Positions 48,288-57,180 of a DNA stretch of 64,000 bases are shown here, in pieces. Numbering within the stretch: position 1 is the stretch's first letter; each line of letters begins with the position of its first letter. The translations under genes were made by a program, and so were the position numbers. The stretch lies in the IMG/VR virus record IMGVR_UViG_3300036958_000333, positions 32,001 through 96,000 of that record; one strand, written 5' to 3'. This DNA is from a virus. Its lineage: Duplodnaviria; Caudoviricetes. Below the pieces are notes generated by a model. That model had not been told where the DNA came from. It saw only the letters and a list, made by a program, of their open reading frames with translations, and did no database searches.

Positions 48288-49340
48288 ATGTTTGAAAAAG
48301 AATTATCTCAATTATCTGATAAAGAATGGTTAGAAAAAAATTATATAAAGGAAAAAAAATCTTCTAGAGAAATTTCTAAAGAATTAGGTATTTCTCATTC
48401 TATTGTTGCTAATTATTTACATAAATATAATATAATAAATAATAATTGTTTTGTATCTATTTGTGAAAATGAAATAATAGATTTTATAGGTAAAAATATA
48501 AAATTAGATATTAATACAAGTTCTGTTATATCTCCATATAATTTAAATGTTTATATTGAAGATTATAATTTAGCTATAGAATTTGATGGACTAATTGAAC
48601 ATTCATATAATGAAATGGAATTAAAAACAGAAAAAGAGTTTCATTTATATAAAACAAAACTATGTGCCGAAAAAGGAATTCAACTCCTTCACATATTTGA
48701 AAATGAATGGGTTGATCCATACAAACAAGATATTTGGAAATCTATGATTAATACCAAACTAAATAGAAATAAAATAATATATGCAAGAGAATGTAAGGTT
48801 CAAGATGTTTCTGATAGTAAATTAATAAAAAATTTTATAAAAGAAAATCATTTACAAGGATTTATTGGAAGTAAAATAAAAATAGGATTATTTTTTAAAG
48901 ATGAACTTGTAAGTATTATGACGTTTAGTAAACCTAGATATAATAAGAAATATGAATTAGAAATTACTAGATATTGTAATAAAAAGTATACTAATGTTGT
49001 AGGTGGTCCTAGTAAAATATTTAATTATCTATTGTCCAATTATAACCCCAAATCAATTATAACATATGCTGATAAAAGATATTCTAGTGGAAATTTATAT
49101 AACAAATTAGGTTTTACGTCTTTAGGTAGTAGTTATTGTAATTATTATTATTTTTTGCCAGAAGAATTAAAACTATATCCAAGAATAAAATTTCAAAAAC
49201 ATAAATTGCAAAATGTATTAAAAAACTTTGATAAAACATTGTCTGAATCACTAAATGTATTTAATAATGGATATAGAAGAATATGGGATTGTGGAAACTT
49301 AATTTATGAATGGAAAAAAGATGAAACTAAAAGCAATTAG
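48288..49340 (+). CDS. Hef-like putative endonuclease without KYGV repeats
   Basis: HTH, LAIEFDG, HIFENEW, NHLQG, YADKRYSSG, RIWDCG. Confidence 0.75.
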   Translation: MFEKELSQLSDKEWLEKNYIKEKKSSREISKELGISHSIVANYLHKYNIINNNCFVSICENEIIDFIGKNIKLDINTSSVISPYNLNVYIEDYNLAIEFDGLIEHSYNEMELKTEKEFHLYKTKLCAEKGIQLLHIFENEWVDPYKQDIWKSMINTKLNRNKIIYARECKVQDVSDSKLIKNFIKENHLQGFIGSKIKIGLFFKDELVSIMTFSKPRYNKKYELEITRYCNKKYTNVVGGPSKIFNYLLSNYNPKSIITYADKRYSSGNLYNKLGFTSLGSSYCNYYYFLPEELKLYPRIKFQKHKLQNVLKNFDKTLSESLNVFNNGYRRIWDCGNLIYEWKKDETKSN

Positions 49341-49665
49341 TATTAAACAACCATGGATTGATTTAATTATTAATGGTAAAAAAACAATAGAAACTAGGAA
49401 ATGGAAAACTTCTTATAGAGGTCCTCTTTTATTAGTTTCTAGTAAAAAACCACAAATTGGACTTGCAGGATATGCACTAGGAATAGCTGATTTAATAAAT
49501 TGTAAAAAAATGGTAAAAGATGATGAAATTATGTCATGTTGTAAATTGTATCCAAAAGCAAACTCATGGTTTTTAAAAAATATAAAAAAAATAAAGCCGT
49601 TTAAAGTAAACGGCAAACTTGGAATATATGAAATTGAAGTAGATAAAATAGAAATTATTAATTAA
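49306..49665 (+). CDS. ASCH-domain protein (true start probably 49321)
   Basis: AISIKQPW...NGKKTIETRKW...YRGPL...GKLG. Confidence 0.9.
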   Translation: MNGKKMKLKAISIKQPWIDLIINGKKTIETRKWKTSYRGPLLLVSSKKPQIGLAGYALGIADLINCKKMVKDDEIMSCCKLYPKANSWFLKNIKKIKPFKVNGKLGIYEIEVDKIEIIN

Positions 49666-50342
49666 AGTCGTGGTATATAATAATGTGCACCTGTTTCGCC
49701 TGCAGGATATCTTTCACCTTGATTTTCTTGTCCGGTTTGGTTTGCTGTAGCTTGAGTTGGAACCGCTTCATTTTGATCCGGTTTGTTTTCAGTTATAATT
49801 CCTGATAGTTTTATTTCCACATTACGACCATCTGGAAGTACTATTGATCCAAAATCAATATCTTTAAACTGATTAAATTTTCCTGTTGTAAATGCATTTT
49901 TAATGGCAGTATTAATATAATTAGTTATAGCATTTATTACCATTTTAGATGTAGTAAAAGGTTTGTCTTTTTCTTTTCCTTGTAAATAAGAACTTTTAAA
50001 TGCCTGACTGGCATTTTTGGCTCCTCTAAACATACCGCCAGCCGCTTTTGCAATTCCTTTTCCTACTACTCCAGCTGCAGCCCCAATTCCTTTAGCTACA
50101 TTTCCAAGAAATCCTTCAGAATATAATTTAATTGATTTAATAGAGTCATATGAAAGAAATTCATTAGCATTATATTCCATGATTTCCATAATTGGATAAC
50201 TACTTTCAGCAAGAATCACAGAATCTTTATAATTTACATTAAATAATAATCCACAAACTTCTACCAAAATTGGATTTCCACCAAAATAAGAAATTCTTAT
50301 TTTATCTTCATAAGGATCAAAACTTTCTTTAAATATTTTCAT
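49662..50342 (-). CDS. hypothetical protein, possibly processed and head-associated
   Basis: internal LYSE-GFLGNVAKG followed by a Gly/Ala-rich amphipathic stretch; AGGAG RBS. Confidence 0.5.
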   Translation of the reverse strand: MKIFKESFDPYEDKIRISYFGGNPILVEVCGLLFNVNYKDSVILAESSYPIMEIMEYNANEFLSYDSIKSIKLYSEGFLGNVAKGIGAAAGVVGKGIAKAAGGMFRGAKNASQAFKSSYLQGKEKDKPFTTSKMVINAITNYINTAIKNAFTTGKFNQFKDIDFGSIVLPDGRNVEIKLSGIITENKPDQNEAVPTQATANQTGQENQGERYPAGETGAHYYIPRL

Positions 50343-50357
50343 ATATAATCTCCTAAT

Positions 50358-50510
50358 TTATTTATTATCAATATTATCATTAATTATTTTTTTCTTAGTT
50401 ATATCTATATCTTCTTCTAAAATAGGAAAAACAGATATTCCTTCTCCGGTTTCTGTATATTCAGTAATAATCATTTTTTTATTTTCATCTATATAGTCTA
50501 ATTTTTCCAT
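50358..50510 (-). CDS. small ORF (50 aa) missing from the ORF track
   Basis: MEKLDYIDENKKMIITEYTETGEGISVFP...; AAGGAG RBS upstream. Confidence 0.6.
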   Translation of the reverse strand: MEKLDYIDENKKMIITEYTETGEGISVFPILEEDIDITKKKIINDNIDNK

Positions 50511-50567
50511 AAATATTCTCCTTAATTATATATTTATTAATATTTATTAATTTTTATTTAAAATTTT

Positions 50568-51227
50568 TTAATTATTTAAATTTATACTATCATTTTTTAA
50601 TTTTAATATATAATTTAAAACAGTTTCTTTATCATTTTCAATATAATATTGATTCCAATCTTTATAATTATTAGGAGGTTCAATTTTTATACATTTAATT
50701 TTATTTTTATTTAAATTATTTATCGCATTAAAAGTTCCAATTCTACCACAACTATCATTATCAAATCCTATTATAACATTTTTAAATTGTTTTAGATATT
50801 CTATATAGTAATTAGATAAAAATGATCCTTGTACTGAACATGAATTTAAACCAATATCTATTAATGAAATAACATCTAATATTCCTTCAGTAACAATAAT
50901 TTCATTATATTCTTTAATATTTCCTGAAAATATTGTTTCTTCTAATTTTATAAAACTATATTCAATAATTTCTGATATATTTATGTATCTACGTTCATGA
51001 TTTAAAAACGATCTAGCGGTCCAATATATTAAATTATTATTATTATAAATTGGTATTATTATTCTTCCATAACATATTCCTTTGTCACAATATCCAATTT
51101 TCCATTTTATAGGATCAATTTTTCTTTTTATACAATATTCTAATTCTTTTAAGTTAAACTCATCTTTTGAATCTATAGTTATAAATTTAAACGAATGTGG
51201 AAATTCAACTATATATTTTTTTTCCAT
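50568..51227 (-). CDS. truncated primase paralog (RNAP/TOPRIM part only)
   Basis: GRIIIP, WTAR, VTEGILD, GFDND, KDWN; no Zn-binding domain. Confidence 0.8.
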   Translation of the reverse strand: MEKKYIVEFPHSFKFITIDSKDEFNLKELEYCIKRKIDPIKWKIGYCDKGICYGRIIIPIYNNNNLIYWTARSFLNHERRYINISEIIEYSFIKLEETIFSGNIKEYNEIIVTEGILDVISLIDIGLNSCSVQGSFLSNYYIEYLKQFKNVIIGFDNDSCGRIGTFNAINNLNKNKIKCIKIEPPNNYKDWNQYYIENDKETVLNYILKLKNDSINLNN

Positions 51228-51240
51228 ATCAAGTTAATTA

Positions 51241-52248
51241 TTAATTATTCTTAAAAATTTTTAATTTTATTTGATCTAAAAATATATTATTTTGATTATT
51301 TTTTGATTCTAATATATAATTTAAAACATCTTCTTTTCCATTTTCAATATAATATTGATTCCAGTCCTTATAATTATTTTTAGGTTTAATATATATACAT
51401 TTAATTCCATTGCTATTTAAAATATTTATTGCATTAAAAGCCGCTTCTTTTCCTGAATTATCATTATCAAATCCTATAATAACATTTTTAAATTGTCTTA
51501 AATATTCTATATGATAATCAGATAATGATTTTCCTTGTATTGAACATGAATTAATTCCAATATCTATTAATGAGATAGCATCTAGTATTCCTTCTACTAC
51601 AATAATTTCATCATATTTTTTTATATTTCCAGTAAACATTATTTCTTCTTTTTTTATAGAATTAAATTCATTTATTGGTGGATTTAAATATTTAGGTTCA
51701 TGGTTTAAGAATGTTCTAGCTGTCCAGTACAATAATTCATTATTACTATAAAATGGTATTATTATTCTTCCACAATATGTTCCTTTATCACAATATCCAA
51801 TTTTCCATTTCATAGGATCAATTTTTCTTTTTATACAATATTTTAATGCTTTTAAATTGAATTTATTTTTAGATTCTATTGTTATTGGTTGAAATGAATA
51901 TGGTAATTCGATATGTTTTTTTATTGTTTTATTTTCTTTTTCTATTTTATATTTTTTTAATAACTCAATTTTAGTTTCAAAATCTTCTATTGTATTTATT
52001 TTTGTTTTATATACTAAATCTATTGATTCTTGTTTTGAACATTTATTAATAATTTGAACTAATTTCCAAATAGGACCAGATTCATCTGATTTCCAACAAT
52101 GATAACATTTTTTTGATGGAGATATTGATAATTTAAATTTTTTATCTGGTTTAAAAGGACTATTAACAAGATAATTCCCTTTATATTTTTTATAAGAATG
52201 AAAATTTAATAATATCCAATTTTCTAATTTATTTATATCAATAATCAT
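51241..52248 (-). CDS. DnaG-like DNA primase
   Basis: N-terminal degenerate Zn-binding region (SPF...YHCW), GRIIIP, PKYLN, VVEGILD, GFDND, KDWN. Confidence 0.85.
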   Translation of the reverse strand: MIIDINKLENWILLNFHSYKKYKGNYLVNSPFKPDKKFKLSISPSKKCYHCWKSDESGPIWKLVQIINKCSKQESIDLVYKTKINTIEDFETKIELLKKYKIEKENKTIKKHIELPYSFQPITIESKNKFNLKALKYCIKRKIDPMKWKIGYCDKGTYCGRIIIPFYSNNELLYWTARTFLNHEPKYLNPPINEFNSIKKEEIMFTGNIKKYDEIIVVEGILDAISLIDIGINSCSIQGKSLSDYHIEYLRQFKNVIIGFDNDNSGKEAAFNAINILNSNGIKCIYIKPKNNYKDWNQYYIENGKEDVLNYILESKNNQNNIFLDQIKLKIFKNN

Positions 52249-52254
52249 ATTTAA

Positions 52255-52282
52255 ATATTAATATTTAATTTATTTTCGCTTA
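52255..52282 (-). promoter_or_regulatory. GCG-class promoter TAAGCG-N16-TAATAT, leaderless primase gene
   Basis: motif match; ATG 6 nt after the -10 element. Confidence 0.6.
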
Positions 52283-52320
52283 TTTTTACTATAATTATTA
52301 AAGAAGAAAGGAGTTTTTTT

Positions 52321-53055
52321 TTGATAATTAATAATATTTCACATAGTAGGATAGAATTATTTAAACAATGTCAATATAAATATAGATTATTATACCATGA
52401 TAAAATAAAATCACCACTTCCAGAAGAACAACATTTTGTATTTGGAAAATTTATTCATAAAATGCTAGAACTTATTGTAAAAGATAAGCTAACAAATGAA
52501 ATTGCTATAAATAAATCATTAGAAATGTTTTCAAATTTGGATAGATCTTACTTAGAAAAACTTCCTAACATTATTAGACATTTTGACTATTTTCAGAAAC
52601 AAATTTATAATGAAGATTTTTTAAAAGAAACAACAGAAGAGACATTTGAATTGCCAGTATTTGATGGAGAATTTGTATTTAAAGGTGTTATAGATAGAAA
52701 AATATTTTATAAAAACGGAAAAGTATTAATTATTGATTATAAAACAAGCCAAAAGAAAAATCAAATAAAAAAAGAATTGGCCAATCAAAATCCTCAACTT
52801 ATTATTTATACTTGGGCATCAAATCTAACAGAAAAAATAGATATAGATAATATACATAGTATGTTGTTTTATCTTAATAGTGGAAATACAATATTTGCAA
52901 ATCCAAATAAAAAAACAATAGAATTATGTATAAATGATATATGTAAAACAGCTATGGAAATTAAAAATTTAATACCAGAATTAGCAAAACCAAATCCTGG
53001 ACCTTTATGTAATTACTGTGAATATAGAACTATTTGTAAATATTTTAAATTTTAA
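52321..53055 (+). CDS. PD-(D/E)XK RecB/AddB/Cas4-like exonuclease with Fe-S staple
   Basis: SHSRIELFKQC, FGKFIH, GVIDR, IIDYKT, QLIIY, CNYCEYRTIC. Confidence 0.88.
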   Translation: MIINNISHSRIELFKQCQYKYRLLYHDKIKSPLPEEQHFVFGKFIHKMLELIVKDKLTNEIAINKSLEMFSNLDRSYLEKLPNIIRHFDYFQKQIYNEDFLKETTEETFELPVFDGEFVFKGVIDRKIFYKNGKVLIIDYKTSQKKNQIKKELANQNPQLIIYTWASNLTEKIDIDNIHSMLFYLNSGNTIFANPNKKTIELCINDICKTAMEIKNLIPELAKPNPGPLCNYCEYRTICKYFKF

Positions 53056-53067
53056 AAGAGGTAAAAT

Positions 53068-53547
53068 ATGCTATCAAGTTATTTAGATACTGATTTAGAT
53101 GATATAAATAGATATTATAGATATAAAATGATAAATATCATAACTGTTCCTACAATATATAGTCCAGTCGATGTTTCGATTGTTCCAAAATTATTTTCAG
53201 GTATATTCTTAAGAGCAACTGAAGTAGGAATATGGATATTGTCAACAAACGAGAATAAAAATAAACGAAATTTTTTCTATCATGATAAAATAATAAAAAT
53301 AGAAGAAGTTGATTTTATAGATATAAATTCATTAGAAAAAAATCAAAAAGAAATAATAGAATCTAACATAAAAACATATGAAGATAATAGACAAAAAGAA
53401 ATAAAAGAAATACAAAAAAATATAACTAATTCTCCAGATGTTATAGATCCAACTGATTATAATAAAGTTAATGAAATGATTAATAAAGTATCTCAAATGG
53501 TTTTAGAAAAAAAGAAAAAAGATGAGGAAAATTTTTTAAGTAGATAG
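53068..53547 (+). CDS. hypothetical protein (possible Sm-like fold)
   Basis: GIFLRATEVGIWI...FFYHDKIIKI; GAGG RBS. Confidence 0.45.
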   Translation: MLSSYLDTDLDDINRYYRYKMINIITVPTIYSPVDVSIVPKLFSGIFLRATEVGIWILSTNENKNKRNFFYHDKIIKIEEVDFIDINSLEKNQKEIIESNIKTYEDNRQKEIKEIQKNITNSPDVIDPTDYNKVNEMINKVSQMVLEKKKKDEENFLSR

Positions 53548-54009
53548 TTTTAATTGTTTTATATATTCTACAAGACCTATTCCTAAAAATTTATCTAATA
53601 TAGCGATAATTAAACTAATTATAATAAAAATTAATGATTTATATAAAATTTGCTTATATTTTCTTTCTTCATCTTTTACTTCTTTAATATGATTTTCAAT
53701 TTTAGTATTTAATTCTTCTCTAATTTCTTTTATTTGAATATTTATTTCTTTTCTAAAATCTTCACATTTTAAACTCATTTCATTTAATTTTTTATCTATT
53801 TGTTCTATTAGAATTTTGCAATATGATGATTGTTTTAAAATAAGACTTTCTGCTCTTTGATCTATTATTGAAGACATATTTAGTTTTAATTCGTTAATAG
53901 CATTCTTTATATTTTCTATGCTATCGTCTTCTTTAAGATCCTTTTTAAAAAGTTCAAATAAATGGTCTAATTTATCATTTATTATACCAATTTGTTTCTT
54001 ATCTAGCAT
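53536..54009 (-). CDS. coiled-coil protein with C-terminal transmembrane segment
   Basis: heptad-rich N-terminus; LIFIIISLIIAIL hydrophobic run. Confidence 0.65.
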   Translation of the reverse strand: MLDKKQIGIINDKLDHLFELFKKDLKEDDSIENIKNAINELKLNMSSIIDQRAESLILKQSSYCKILIEQIDKKLNEMSLKCEDFRKEINIQIKEIREELNTKIENHIKEVKDEERKYKQILYKSLIFIIISLIIAILDKFLGIGLVEYIKQLKLST

Positions 54010-54029
54010 AATAAATATATATATTTAAT

Positions 54030-54332
54030 TTATCTTACAATTTCTACTATTTTTTTTGCTAGATTCCAATTTAATCTCTTTGCATCAGGAAGTTCTAATT
54101 CTTTAGATATATCTGATTGTAATTGTTCTATATTTCCTTCTACAATATGTGCCTGATTAACGTTTTTCATAATCTCACAAAACTGAGAACCTATGAGATT
54201 ATAATAATTTTGTAAAGTACTTACATGCCTAGATAATATAACAACATGTTCATCTGATAATTTATATTGATTTTGATTAATTGAATCATCTACTTTTTGA
54301 TTAGATTCTACATTCATTTCTTTTTCTTCCAT
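54030..54332 (-). CDS. hypothetical protein
   Basis: AAGGAG RBS, 100 aa. Confidence 0.6.
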   Translation of the reverse strand: MEEKEMNVESNQKVDDSINQNQYKLSDEHVVILSRHVSTLQNYYNLIGSQFCEIMKNVNQAHIVEGNIEQLQSDISKELELPDAKRLNWNLAKKIVEIVR

Positions 54333-54345
54333 ATTTTTCTCCTTT

Positions 54346-54591
54346 TTACTTGCTATCAGGCATCTTTTTTAAACTCATTAAACAATTATCATATTCCTGA
54401 AAAACAGAATTTGTAAATTCTATTTGAAGTTGTATAAAATCATCTTGTTCTGACTCTAAAACTTTAAAATCAAAAGATCTTCCTCTTTTACATAAAACCT
54501 CATATCCTCTCATTTTACAAAAAGCAGATACACCCAAATCATTTACAGTCATAGTTACATAATTTTCTTTATCATTTTTCCTTTCAATCAT
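54346..54591 (-). CDS. DUF5659-like small protein
   Basis: VNDLGVSAFCKMRGY...FDF pattern. Confidence 0.5.
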   Translation of the reverse strand: MIERKNDKENYVTMTVNDLGVSAFCKMRGYEVLCKRGRSFDFKVLESEQDDFIQLQIEFTNSVFQEYDNCLMSLKKMPDSK

Positions 54592-54692
54592 TCCTTCTCC
54601 TTTATCTACTTTAATATTAATAATATAAAAAATATAGAATAAATATATACAATATTTTAAAATATTTTATAATTATTAAAATTAATAATAAT

Positions 54693-55706
54693 CTACTTAT
54701 CTTGATGAGCCTCCGCTGCAACCAAAGCTCCATTTGCAACCGCATATAAAGGATCTGACGCAGCTCTTATTTCTCTTACTTCTATTGGAAACGTATTTTT
54801 GTTAAATGTTTTAATAAAAAAATCAACAAATCCTTTTGCAGTAGAGGTTCCACCTGCAACAACTATATCAATTGGTTTTCCTGGATTTGCTTTTGTCCCA
54901 GCTTTAATAATTCCTTCTCTTATACCCTTTAATGAATTTTCTATCATGATCTCATAATGATATTGAATTGCTCTTTCTATTGAATTTTGTGGATCTTTTG
55001 ATAAATCAATTTTTTCTTTCTCAGAATTAATATATGCCGATGTTTCTCCACAAGATTGAGCAGCCGAATCATCTACATAATCTCCAGCATTAGTTAAAGA
55101 AAATTGTACTACTGGAACAGAATATAATGAAAAACATGTATTTACCATTCCTGCTCCAAAACTTATTGCAATACCAGTATATTGTTGTTCTGCCAATTCT
55201 GACATTATTATACAAAGAGCTTCATTTATAGGAAATGCTTTAATTGTTTTATTATCTATTATATATTTATCTAATATTGATTGTATTACTTTTGTATGAT
55301 ATTGAACATTTGTTTTAGTATTAATAGCATCTGCTGGTATTGAATAATAAACTATTGTATTATCTGCTTCAAGTTTTCCTATCATCGATCTTATCATTAC
55401 GGCCAATATGTTAAAAGCATCTTTTTCATTTATAGAAAGTATTCCATTTTTCATAGGTCTTTGAAATTCTTTTCCCATTGACAAAGCTAAATCTATTGCA
55501 TTTTTTCCAAGAACATATATAAATCCTCCAACCTCTATCATTGGAGCCCCTGCTTTTTTTAACATATTTACCATAAAATTGTTTTCTATTGGTATTGTAA
55601 AAAATGCATTTATTTCTCTTTTTATTTCAACTTTATTATCCTCGTTTCTTTTAGCAAGACACAAATTATAAGTTCCAACATCGATTCCATATGTTTTTAT
55701 AGACAT
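54693..55706 (-). CDS. actin-fold ATPase (volactin/MreB-like)
   Basis: phosphate1 GIDVGT, RPM, connect1 INEA, phosphate2 ISFGAGMVN, AGDYVD, adenosine VAGGTS, AVANGAL. Confidence 0.85.
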   Translation of the reverse strand: MSIKTYGIDVGTYNLCLAKRNEDNKVEIKREINAFFTIPIENNFMVNMLKKAGAPMIEVGGFIYVLGKNAIDLALSMGKEFQRPMKNGILSINEKDAFNILAVMIRSMIGKLEADNTIVYYSIPADAINTKTNVQYHTKVIQSILDKYIIDNKTIKAFPINEALCIIMSELAEQQYTGIAISFGAGMVNTCFSLYSVPVVQFSLTNAGDYVDDSAAQSCGETSAYINSEKEKIDLSKDPQNSIERAIQYHYEIMIENSLKGIREGIIKAGTKANPGKPIDIVVAGGTSTAKGFVDFFIKTFNKNTFPIEVREIRAASDPLYAVANGALVAAEAHQDK

Positions 55707-55799
55707 TTATAACTCCATTTAAAATTTTTCATATATATTATAAAAGAAAAAGAATAAATTTTATTATATTATATATTATTTAAAATGAAAAAATTATTA

Positions 55800-56024
55800 T
55801 TAATTTCCAAAATTATCTAGTAACGGTAAATTTGTGAAATTTTCTTCTGGTATAAATTCTTGATTTGTATTTTCTGTTTGTTTATTTTCTTTATTACTAT
55901 TTACATCTATTTTTATATCATTTCCTTCTAAAGAAATTGTAAGATGTAAATGTATTGTTATTTCTCCATTTTGAGTTGTAATATTTTGTATAATTGATTC
56001 TTGTTGTTTGTTAATTTTTGGCAT
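55800..56024 (-). CDS. small hypothetical protein upstream of the actin-like gene
   Basis: 74 aa with alternating beta pattern ITIHLHLTISL. Confidence 0.55.
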   Translation of the reverse strand: MPKINKQQESIIQNITTQNGEITIHLHLTISLEGNDIKIDVNSNKENKQTENTNQEFIPEENFTNLPLLDNFGN

Positions 56025-56032
56025 AATATAAA

Positions 56033-56548
56033 TTAGATATAATTAGATATATTTTTATATTTTTCCTTTAATATAGGATTTAAATTTTTTATTAAATAAA
56101 CAAAATTAATATTATTTTCTATTAATTTACTTTGAACATTATATGAAAGATTATTAAAATAATCTATAGGTAATTTTCTATTAGTTTTATCATAATTAGA
56201 TTTCATTATCCATGGAAATTTTAATAATGTGTTAATAACTATATTTTCATCTGGATTTTTGATATAAAAAATTGTATATATTTTTTTATTTATAGCTATT
56301 TCTTGTATTTTTTTTGTAGGATTGTCTATATATTTTATAGACCATATGTTTTTATTTATAGCTATTTCTTGTATTTCTTCGGATTGATTTTTTATATATT
56401 TTATTAAATATGGATATTTCTTGATAGCCAATTCTTGAGATTTTATAGAGGGATTTTTTATATATTTTATATTATATGGATTTAACTTTATTAATTTTAT
56501 TTGTTCTTTTTCAGATAAATTATCATATTTATCTTCAACTTTTGTCAT
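56033..56548 (-). CDS. DUF4116-like repeat protein
   Basis: IKYIKNPS..QE.AI repeats; C-terminus paralogous to 28371-29843. Confidence 0.7.
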   Translation of the reverse strand: MTKVEDKYDNLSEKEQIKLIKLNPYNIKYIKNPSIKSQELAIKKYPYLIKYIKNQSEEIQEIAINKNIWSIKYIDNPTKKIQEIAINKKIYTIFYIKNPDENIVINTLLKFPWIMKSNYDKTNRKLPIDYFNNLSYNVQSKLIENNINFVYLIKNLNPILKEKYKNISNYI

Positions 56549-57135
56549 CTTCTAAAAAGATCTCTCTCTGCATTTCTTCTTCTTGTAAGACCAGGTAATA
56601 CTCTTCCACCAGCCCTATTCCATCTTAAGAATTCATCTGCTGCATTATCATAATTTCCTCTGTTTAACTCTCTCAACAGCGTGCTTCTTCTAAAACTACC
56701 AGGACCAACGTTGTAGATAAAACTAGTTAAAGCATCTCTTTGATTTTGATTAAGAGGAACTGTTACTAATTCATCAACATATGGCATATATTGATTTAAT
56801 AATATATCTCTTAATAATTGATCTGCTCTTTGTCTTGTTATAGTTGAATTTTCATTTAAATCCGGTATATCATCTCTTGTAAATCCATATCCTATAGATA
56901 ATGTACCACCAGGATCTCTATGAGCTCTTGAACGAAATCCTTCGAAATTTCTTACTAATGTTAACAAATTAGTTGTTATTTCATCAGATTGTGTGGTTGT
57001 TTGAGATATTGTTGTAGGAGTATCTTCTTGAGTAGCATTAATCTTTGGAGATCGTGATAATGCTAACCCAGTTGCTGCTAATGTTAATAGTTTTTTTCCA
57101 AAACCTTCGTTTAAATAATTATTAAAAGTTCTCAT
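56545..57135 (-). CDS. GH24 phage lysozyme with N-terminal extension
   Basis: FEG...D...SIGYG catalytic region, LNQNQRDALTSFIYNVG, STLLR, RWNRAGG, GLTRRRNAE. Confidence 0.92.
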   Translation of the reverse strand: MRTFNNYLNEGFGKKLLTLAATGLALSRSPKINATQEDTPTTISQTTTQSDEITTNLLTLVRNFEGFRSRAHRDPGGTLSIGYGFTRDDIPDLNENSTITRQRADQLLRDILLNQYMPYVDELVTVPLNQNQRDALTSFIYNVGPGSFRRSTLLRELNRGNYDNAADEFLRWNRAGGRVLPGLTRRRNAERDLFRR

Positions 57136-57140
57136 AATTT

Positions 57141-57180
57141 ATATATATTACCTCCATTATATATATATTACCTCCATTAT
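57141..57180. repeat. exact 20-bp tandem duplication containing GGAGG
   Basis: ATATATATTACCTCCATTAT twice. Confidence 0.9.
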
